Below are positions 1 to 7,128 of a stretch of DNA of 47,151 bases, piece after piece (within the stretch, counting starts at the first letter, position 1; every line of letters begins with the position of its first letter). The notes under the pieces are model-generated. The model was not told where the DNA came from. It saw only the letters and a list, made by a program, of their open reading frames with translations, and made no database searches. Origin of the DNA: Leidyana gryllorum EB-2025a (lineage: Eukaryota; Protista; Apicomplexa); contig JBLWGC010000071.1 in the NCBI GenBank assembly GCA_048772705.1, positions 1 through 47,151 of the forward strand. The letters are read 5' to 3'. The position numbers were made by a program, and so were the translations under genes.

Positions 1-163
1 AAAGTACCTATCAAGTAGCAAAGAAGTGTGAAACAAGTGTCAAACAACTCGGAAACCAGTGTCAAACAAGCCTGGAACATGTTGCAAACAAGTGTGAAGC
101 ATGTCGCGAAGCAAGGGTCAAACAAGTTCGCAACAAGTTTTAAACATGTTGCAAACAAGTGGC
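1..163. repeat. Degenerate ~11-bp tandem repeat (AAACAAGTGT-type), possible satellite
   Basis: Repeated aaacaagtgt/aacatgttgc-like units; runs off the left edge of the window. Confidence 0.75.
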
Positions 164-565
164 TGTTAGAATAGACTCCTCGCCTCCCCCCGTTCCACTG
201 CTAGATCGGAACCCTAGGTTAGAGGAGGACACCGGAACGACCATAGGAGGCCGTCTACTCCGACGTAGGTAGCTTAGATAGCTCACTCAGCCCGATTGTC
301 ACACCCGGGGCACGCCCCGTGATGCTGAAAGAAGAGACACTTGTGAAACCGGCTGTACTTGAGACCACCACACCGCCCATGCGCCGTAGGAACGCCGCGT
401 GGCCGCTGCTGCGCCCTCAAGTACAACCGGCCCCAGAAGTAGACCGATAACACACGTGTGCTAACCGATTTTCAGTTGCTTGTGCGAACCAACTTACGAT
501 GACCGTCACCCGATCCGTTTCCCGCCTTCCGTCAGACCTCGGGTCAGTAGGTATGAAACCTAACA
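164..565 (+). repeat. E1 5' LTR
   Basis: TGTTAG...CTAACA; matches 5062-5463 apart from one mismatch seen (C453 vs G5351). Confidence 0.97.
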
Positions 566-1533
566 GTGGTAGCAGTGCGTCGTTTGAAGCCATGCCGCCC
601 GAAGGCGGAGCTGGCGCACAAACCGACTCCACGACCCGCGAAACAGAACTCGAAAGCTTACGCACCACCGTCCGCCAGTTACAACAGACCATTGCTAGCC
701 TGACGACGCCCAATGCCTGTACCCCTACCGAACCTGCCCCTACCTTACCGTCCGGATCGGATTCCGACCCTTTGAAGGGTATCACGGCCTTCACCGGCAG
801 AACCCGCGCCCACGCCAAATCCTGGCTGGACTCCGCCGAGGTGCGCCTCATCACTCATCCAACTCCTCCCGCCGAGTACGCCCGCTTCGTTTGCCGCCAC
901 CTGGAGGATTCAGCCGCCCAATGGCTGCTCAGCCACCGCCACTTACCTTCCCTGCCGTGGGACCAATTCCGAGCCCAATTCCTAGAAGAATTCGCCCCCA
1001 AAACGGCGACAGACCACCCTTACCTCCAACTTACTCGGCTCCGCAAGACCGGAGGCATGCAGGAGTACGTGGACGAGTGCCGACGCCTCCGCCGTGACAT
1101 TCCCCCCGCGATCCCCGAAAGTCTTCTTGTACAACTCTTCCACGACGGACTCCCCCCGAGCGACCACGTCTTCGTAGCGGCAAACCTAGGTGTCGGCTTT
1201 GACGAAACCTGCCACCGCGCTCTCGAATGGTCCGACGTCAGACGCGCCCAACCTCTGTCAGCCTTCCCCGTCCGTACCAGCCCAACAGGAACAGTGGGCA
1301 GCCGCTGCCAGTACTCACACGCACAGTGCTTAGCGGAGAGACGCTGTTTCAACTGCGGACGTCAGGAGCACAGGTCCAACGCATGCCCGTTTCCCCGTGA
1401 CGACCGCAAGCGCCCCCCCACTGACCGACTCACCAACGAACCTAAGACTCGCCGTGTCCACCTCACCGCCCTCCAGGACGAAGAGACCACCCTCGGAGAG
1501 ACCCGGGATTTTCCCAGCAGCCCGGCCGCTTAA
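499..1533 (+). CDS. gag: E1 Gag with CCHC zinc knuckle
   Basis: Retrotransposon capsid-like W..F...FLEEF and L.K.G.MQEY motifs; CFNCGRQEHRSNAC; first ATG lies in the LTR. Confidence 0.92.
   Translation: MTVTRSVSRLPSDLGSVGMKPNSGSSASFEAMPPEGGAGAQTDSTTRETELESLRTTVRQLQQTIASLTTPNACTPTEPAPTLPSGSDSDPLKGITAFTGRTRAHAKSWLDSAEVRLITHPTPPAEYARFVCRHLEDSAAQWLLSHRHLPSLPWDQFRAQFLEEFAPKTATDHPYLQLTRLRKTGGMQEYVDECRRLRRDIPPAIPESLLVQLFHDGLPPSDHVFVAANLGVGFDETCHRALEWSDVRRAQPLSAFPVRTSPTGTVGSRCQYSHAQCLAERRCFNCGRQEHRSNACPFPRDDRKRPPTDRLTNEPKTRRVHLTALQDEETTLGETRDFPSSPAA
567..585 (+). other. E1 primer-binding site (tRNA-iMet)
   Basis: TGGTAGCAGTGCGTCGTTT is complementary to CCA plus the 3' end of the iMet gene at 18153-18224. 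Confidence 0.95.
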
Positions 1534-1545
1534 ACGACCGGGCTA
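1506..1545 (+). promoter_or_regulatory. Putative -1 ribosomal frameshift signal (G_GAT_TTT plus hairpin)
   Basis: Heptamer 1506-1512 in gag frame; -1 frame is open into pol; AGCCCGG...CCGGGCT stem follows. Confidence 0.8.
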
Positions 1546-1595
1546 CGCATCCAACCCCCCAAGCCCTCACAGCCTCCTGGTCGCTCCGAGCTCCG

Positions 1596-3959
1596 ATGAG
1601 TACCGCCCCTTCGATCCACGCCACCGTCCTCGTCGATACGGGAGCGGAGATTAGCTGCATCGCTTCCCGACCCTGTCAACTATTGAACTTACGATTACAA
1701 CCCGAAACTTACCACCTGTCCGGCATCGGAAATACCACAACGACGCGTTCCACCAAAGTCCTAGTGGAGATACCTGGCAACAAACCGATTCTCACTCACG
1801 CAGTAGTCCTGGAGGATATCCCTTACGACTTCATTCTAGCCGCTCCAGACATAGCCAGGACTAATCTTGTCATTGGAGCCAACTCCTCTCGAAAATTGTG
1901 CGCCATAAGCACAACGGAGAACACCTTCGTCTTCCCCATAAGTTTTACACACGAGAAATCCGCGACGGATCAACACCACTACAAAAACGACCCAACTCCT
2001 CCCAAACCCCCCCTACGAAACCCTATACCCGCAGGGGTGGAGTGGTTGGCGACCCTCTACCCTCACACCTTCACTGAAAACCCCCCAGTTCCCCCTAGCC
2101 GACCAGGGGTTGATCACGTCATCACCCTAGCCGACCCAGCCCTACCCGCCTATGCCCGATCCCCATACCGAGTGCCACAACTTTACGTCCATGAAATGCG
2201 TTCGCAGATCCTTGCCCTGGTCCAAGAAGGGAAGATAGTCCACTCCACGTCCAACTGGGGATCGCCATGCCTTTTCGTCCCCAAGAAGGACACGAGCACG
2301 CCTCGCCTCGTAGTAGACTACCGCAGGCTGAACGCACGAACCCTAAAGACCCCATACCCAATGCCGAACCTATCAGATGCGCTCATGACCCTCCAAGGAG
2401 CAGCCATCTTCAGCACCCTAGACCTCAAATCCGGTTTTCACCAAGTCCAGGTTGCACCCGACAGCCGACCTCTAACTGCTTTCACCACCCCGTGGGGCCT
2501 CTTCGAGTGGGTGAGCATGCCCAATGGGCTGTGCAACGCTCCCGCCACCTTCATGACCCTCATGAACCAAGTCTTCCGCGACATCATCGGGGTGTACGTT
2601 TTCGTATACCTCGATGATGTCTTAGTCTTCAGCGCAACACACGAGGCCCACCGAACTCACCTTAGCGAAGTCTTCAGGCGACTCTCACAGCACCAACTCG
2701 TTGTACACCGCCGAAAATCAGTCTTCTTCCAAACAGAGGTCAACTACGTCGGCCACATCATCAACAGCCGAGGCGTTCAACCACAGCAACCGAAATGCGA
2801 GGCGATCGCCCGCCTCCCCTTACCTTCAACTCTCCAATCCATGCAGAGTGGTCTCGGACTGATCAACTACTACCGCCGCTTCATTCCCTCGTTCGCCCAA
2901 ATCGCCAGCCCTCTGTACAAAGCAACAAAAGGCAAGAAGAAACCTTCAGACCTAATACCCGCCACAACCGAGCTTCGTCAAGCCTGGCATGACCTCAAAG
3001 AGGCACTCCACAAAGCGACCACGTTAGCCTTCGTATCCCCAAAGACACTTACTCTTCACCTTTACACCGACGCCAGTCGAGACGCTCTCGGCGCAGCCCT
3101 TGAGGACCGCAACGGCGAAGACCGAATTCCGGTCGACTTCTTCTCGCACACACTCTCCGACACAGAAACGAGGTACCCCACCCATGAACGGGAATTAATG
3201 GCGGTGGTACTAGCCGTTCGCCATTGGCGACACCTGCTGATCGGCCGAAAAATAATCGTCCACACCGATCACCGGCCCCTCGTTTACCTCACCAAACAAC
3301 CGCACATAACCGACAGGCAGGCCCGCTGGCTCCTCACGCTTTCGGAATATGACCTGACATTCGAATATGTCAAAGGGACGGACAACATCATAGCAGACTT
3401 ACTTAGCCGCCCTCCGCCACCACCGTCACGCCCACGTGTCTTCGCTCTTCAACGGCACCGAAACCGTTTTGAAACAGAAAATACCTCAAACAACACAGCG
3501 AATAACCCTAACGACACAGGGAATGCCCCTAACGACACAGGGAATGCCCCTGCCGACTTCGGGAATGCCCCTTCACCGCAAGGGAATGCCCCCAGCTCCG
3601 ACGCCACCCCGCAACCGAACTCCAGCCGCCATCCCCTCCACAACCGAATCGCCACAGCCTGGCTAGGTCGCCGAAATGAAGCCGGCAGCGGCGGCGAGGT
3701 CGAGTGGATTGAGGATCTGCCCATCACCCAAGACGGATGCATCGAAATCCCCGCAGAACCCGAACTTATAGACGAACTTCTAGCCGAACACCACTGCAGC
3801 ACTTACGCCGGGCACTTCGGGCCTCTCCGTACCATAGCTAGGCTACGTGCTACGTACACATGGCCAGGACTCAGCGCCGATGCCACCCAATACTGCCTGC
3901 AATGCAAGGTTTGCACCAACTCAGCAAGAAACGAAGATCCAAGCCCGCCGGACTCCTGA
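1596..3959 (+). CDS. pol: E1 Pol part 1: protease, RT, RNase H, integrase zinc finger
   Basis: LVDTGA, YLDD, TDAS, GHFG..CLQC; frameshift near 3916. Confidence 0.95.
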   Translation: MSTAPSIHATVLVDTGAEISCIASRPCQLLNLRLQPETYHLSGIGNTTTTRSTKVLVEIPGNKPILTHAVVLEDIPYDFILAAPDIARTNLVIGANSSRKLCAISTTENTFVFPISFTHEKSATDQHHYKNDPTPPKPPLRNPIPAGVEWLATLYPHTFTENPPVPPSRPGVDHVITLADPALPAYARSPYRVPQLYVHEMRSQILALVQEGKIVHSTSNWGSPCLFVPKKDTSTPRLVVDYRRLNARTLKTPYPMPNLSDALMTLQGAAIFSTLDLKSGFHQVQVAPDSRPLTAFTTPWGLFEWVSMPNGLCNAPATFMTLMNQVFRDIIGVYVFVYLDDVLVFSATHEAHRTHLSEVFRRLSQHQLVVHRRKSVFFQTEVNYVGHIINSRGVQPQQPKCEAIARLPLPSTLQSMQSGLGLINYYRRFIPSFAQIASPLYKATKGKKKPSDLIPATTELRQAWHDLKEALHKATTLAFVSPKTLTLHLYTDASRDALGAALEDRNGEDRIPVDFFSHTLSDTETRYPTHERELMAVVLAVRHWRHLLIGRKIIVHTDHRPLVYLTKQPHITDRQARWLLTLSEYDLTFEYVKGTDNIIADLLSRPPPPPSRPRVFALQRHRNRFETENTSNNTANNPNDTGNAPNDTGNAPADFGNAPSPQGNAPSSDATPQPNSSRHPLHNRIATAWLGRRNEAGSGGEVEWIEDLPITQDGCIEIPAEPELIDELLAEHHCSTYAGHFGPLRTIARLRATYTWPGLSADATQYCLQCKVCTNSARNEDPSPPDS

Positions 3960-5170
3960 ACCCCCTCAACAACCCCCTCCACCCATGGACAGAAGTACAC
4001 CTCGACTTCGTCGAGCTCCCAACCGACCCCGACACCAATCACGACTATCTCCTCGTGGTCGTCGACCGATTTACCCGCAGAGTCCGGCTCGCCCCTTGCA
4101 ATAAAACAATTTCAGCTGCACAAACTGCCGAACTCTTCCTCGACTTAGTCGTACGACTGCACGGGCTACCGGAACGGATCATCTCCGACCGCGATACACG
4201 CTTCCTATCAGAAGTCTGGCAAAATCTCTTCCGGGAACTAGGCACTACCTTAGCATTCTCTACCCCCTACCACCCGCAGACAAATGGACTAGCTGAACGT
4301 GCTAATCAGAACGTCCTCCAGCTCCTTAGACTCTCTCTGACCCCCCTCAGCACCTCATGGGCGCGGCTAATTCCAGCTATAGAAATCGCCCTAAATTCTT
4401 CACGCTCCGACGCTACCAACACCACCCCCTTCGAACTGGACACCGGTCGATCAATGAAACTCCCTTACTCGGGATGGGCTCAGTCACTACTCAGTAGCAC
4501 CCACCCACTAGCTCCCCTCTATGTGCAGCGTCTCCAAGAAGCCCGTGACCGCCTTGAACAGGCACAAAAACTAATGAAGTCTCAGGCGGATAGACGACGA
4601 CGCCCTTGCTCTTTCCAACCCGGGGACCTGGTTCTCCTCTCCACCAAACACCTCCCCCACATGAGAACGCACAAACTGTCACCCCCTTTCGCCGGACCTT
4701 ACGTCGTAGAAAGAGCACTTGAAAACGATGTCTATCAGATAGCTCTACCCCCAGAGTGGCGTATCCTCCCTCGCTTTCATGTCTCCCGCCTCTCCGCTTA
4801 CCACCCGGCCCCAACCAGCAGTCACCCCCAACCGATCGATACCTCCGAACCCGGCTATCTCATGGAACGACTTCTCGGCGAGCGGGTCAACGAAGATGGA
4901 GTCCAACAGTTTTTGGTCAAATGGGCAGGCTACGAGGAAACCACATGGGAACCAATCGAACACATTCTAGAAGCAGATGGACAAGATCTAATCGACGAGT
5001 ATAGACGCGCTTACTCCCTTCAAAACCCCCGCGACCCCTACGAAATTTTGGAAGGGAGGGATGTTAGAATAGACTCCTCGCCTCCCCCCGTTCCACTGCT
5101 AGATCGGAACCCTAGGTTAGAGGAGGACACCGGAACGACCATAGGAGGCCGTCTACTCCGACGTAGGTAG
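3860..5170 (+). CDS. pol: E1 Pol part 2: integrase core, GPY/F motif, chromodomain
   Basis: HLDF, VDRFT, ISDRD, NGLAERAN, GPY, FLVKWAGYEETTWEP; stop lies inside the 3' LTR. Confidence 0.93.
   Translation: MARTQRRCHPILPAMQGLHQLSKKRRSKPAGLLNPLNNPLHPWTEVHLDFVELPTDPDTNHDYLLVVVDRFTRRVRLAPCNKTISAAQTAELFLDLVVRLHGLPERIISDRDTRFLSEVWQNLFRELGTTLAFSTPYHPQTNGLAERANQNVLQLLRLSLTPLSTSWARLIPAIEIALNSSRSDATNTTPFELDTGRSMKLPYSGWAQSLLSSTHPLAPLYVQRLQEARDRLEQAQKLMKSQADRRRRPCSFQPGDLVLLSTKHLPHMRTHKLSPPFAGPYVVERALENDVYQIALPPEWRILPRFHVSRLSAYHPAPTSSHPQPIDTSEPGYLMERLLGERVNEDGVQQFLVKWAGYEETTWEPIEHILEADGQDLIDEYRRAYSLQNPRDPYEILEGRDVRIDSSPPPVPLLDRNPRLEEDTGTTIGGRLLRRR
5050..5061 (+). other. E1 polypurine tract
   Basis: GGAAGGGAGGGA immediately before the 3' LTR. 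Confidence 0.9.
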
Positions 5171-5463
5171 CTTAGATAGCTCACTCAGCCCGATTGTCAC
5201 ACCCGGGGCACGCCCCGTGATGCTGAAAGAAGAGACACTTGTGAAACCGGCTGTACTTGAGACCACCACACCGCCCATGCGCCGTAGGAACGCCGCGTGG
5301 CCGCTGCTGCGCCCTCAAGTACAACCGGCCCCAGAAGTAGACCGATAACAGACGTGTGCTAACCGATTTTCAGTTGCTTGTGCGAACCAACTTACGATGA
5401 CCGTCACCCGATCCGTTTCCCGCCTTCCGTCAGACCTCGGGTCAGTAGGTATGAAACCTAACA
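5062..5463 (+). repeat. E1 3' LTR
   Basis: Direct repeat of 164-565. Confidence 0.97.
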
Positions 5464-5489
5464 AGCACACGTGTGTGTCGATCCCCCCG
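5464..5489 (-). repeat. Displaced piece of the E3 3' LTR
   Basis: agcacacgtgtgtgtcgatccccccg matches the E3 5' LTR at ~15475-15499. Confidence 0.85.
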
Positions 5490-5633
5490 TGTGACCCGGC
5501 GGTGGATTAGCTACGGCGGCGATCACTTGGCGTCCATTGCGCAACAACATCGGAGCATCGGTCGAGGAGTCCATTGGTCTATCGGACAGCGGACAACACA
5601 CAAAAAGGTAAGTTCACGTGATCTATCTTCCTG

Positions 5634-6041
5634 TGTTAGTGCGAACGATAGCCCGAACCCAGTACCGCTGCTAGATCAGAATCCGGTACTGGACCCGAGA
5701 GCGGGTACGGTTGTAGGTAACCGTTTACTTCGTCGTAGGTAGCTAGACCCACACCACCAGCTAGGCAGATTAGCTTAGTCACAAGCGGGGCAAACCCCGT
5801 CATGCAAGAAGCCTAGCTAGCGACCCTTGGGGCCACTGTACCGCCCTTGGACCGCTGGGCGCGCTCCCAGACCGCTACAGTATCCCCAAGTGACCGGCAG
5901 CGCAGGAGGGAGACACAGCACACACGTGTGCTTACCGTTTTTGATTGCGTGATTAGACTTACGGAACTACTCGAATGGTTGCTACTCGCTCGAATGCTTC
6001 ATCCATACCGGACCACGGGTCCGTAGGTAGGAAACCTAACA
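5634..6041 (+). repeat. E2 5' LTR (408 bp)
   Basis: TGTTAG...CTAACA. Confidence 0.95.
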
Positions 6042-7027
6042 GTGGTAGCAGTGCGTCGTTAGCGGCCACCCACCGGGCCACCAACCTTACCGAAAACCTA
6101 CCGAATGAAGACCAATACTCGAAACTCGAAGCCGAAATCGGCCAATTGAGAGCCATTATCTCCCATTTGGCTTCAAATCTTCCGACCCCCGCACCAGAAT
6201 CAACTCACCACGACCTACCCGCACAGATAGCCCACACAGACAGATCAGATCCCTTGAAAGGCATCACCCCTTTCTCCGGAAGGCTCAGAAGTCAGGCACG
6301 ATCCTGGCTCGATATGGTGGAGGTACGATTCCTGTCGCGACTCACACCAGCTTCCGAATATGCCCGTTTCGCATGCGGACACCTAGAGGAATCAGCAGCC
6401 CAATGGCTACTTAGCAACCGTCACCTACCGTCCCTACCCTGGGAACAGTTCAAGGTTCACTTTCTCGAAGAATTCGCCCCCAAAACCACCGCCGACGACC
6501 CCTTCTTGCAACTCACCCGCCTCCGCAAAACCGGCTCCATGCAGGAGTACGTTGACCACTGTCGCAAGCTCCGCCGTGGTATCCCAGCGTCCATCCCTGA
6601 AAGTACACTCGTTAAACTCTTTCACAACGGCTTACCAGCCAGCGATAGCGCGTTCATAGCCGCCAACTTGAACATCGGCTTCACAGAACTGTGCCGCCGT
6701 GCACTTGAGTGGGCGGACTGCCAACCCCGACCTCCACACAACGTCTTCCCCGTCCGAGCCCAACCCTCCGGCACAGTCGGCAGCCGCTGCAACTTTACAT
6801 ACGCCCAATGCGTCAGCGAGAGGCGATGCTTCAATTGTGGACGACAAGAACACCGATCAAATGCGTGCCCATTACCGCGGGATGACCGGAAACGTCCTCT
6901 CATCCAAAGAACCTCAACCGAACCAAAGCAGCGCAGAGTCCACTTCACCGAAATTGAGGACGCCGACAGCCAGTCCCCACTCCTCCCCAGTAGCAACCAG
7001 GATTTTCAGGAACGCCCGGCTCCCTGA
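5975..7027 (+). CDS. gag: E2 Gag
   Basis: Homologous to E1 Gag; same CFNCGRQEHRSNAC knuckle; ATG lies in the LTR. Confidence 0.92.
   Translation: MVATRSNASSIPDHGSVGRKPNSGSSASLAATHRATNLTENLPNEDQYSKLEAEIGQLRAIISHLASNLPTPAPESTHHDLPAQIAHTDRSDPLKGITPFSGRLRSQARSWLDMVEVRFLSRLTPASEYARFACGHLEESAAQWLLSNRHLPSLPWEQFKVHFLEEFAPKTTADDPFLQLTRLRKTGSMQEYVDHCRKLRRGIPASIPESTLVKLFHNGLPASDSAFIAANLNIGFTELCRRALEWADCQPRPPHNVFPVRAQPSGTVGSRCNFTYAQCVSERRCFNCGRQEHRSNACPLPRDDRKRPLIQRTSTEPKQRRVHFTEIEDADSQSPLLPSSNQDFQERPAP
6043..6060 (+). other. E2 primer-binding site (tRNA-iMet)
   Basis: TGGTAGCAGTGCGTCGTT, 18-nt complement of the iMet 3' end. Confidence 0.95.
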
Positions 7028-7038
7028 GCAGCCGGGCC
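7000..7038 (+). promoter_or_regulatory. Putative -1 frameshift signal (G_GAT_TTT plus hairpin)
   Basis: Heptamer 7000-7006; GCCCGGCT...AGCCGGGC stem; -1 frame is open into the protease. Confidence 0.8.
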
Positions 7039-7128
7039 ACCCCCAAAAGATCCCAAGGAGCCCTCTACGCCTCGTGGAACCTCCGCGCTCCTTCACGCTC
7101 GTCCGAACCACTCCCCGCCACAGTCCTA

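Larger units (their letters stand above)
164..5463 (+). mobile_element. Ty3/Gypsy chromovirus LTR retrotransposon E1
   Basis: 402-bp TG..CA LTRs, PBS, PPT, gag-PR-RT-RH-IN-chromodomain order; flanks GTGGC/AGCAC are not a TSD. Confidence 0.97.

Noticed and set aside
1-163. Telomeric repeat
   Set aside because: Units are degenerate ~11-mers without the G-run pattern of typical telomerase repeats; treated as satellite-like.
3900-3960. Programmed frameshift within E1 pol (likewise E2 ~9697 and the E3 breaks)
   Set aside because: Break positions differ between homologous elements, so they are mutations or sequencing indels.
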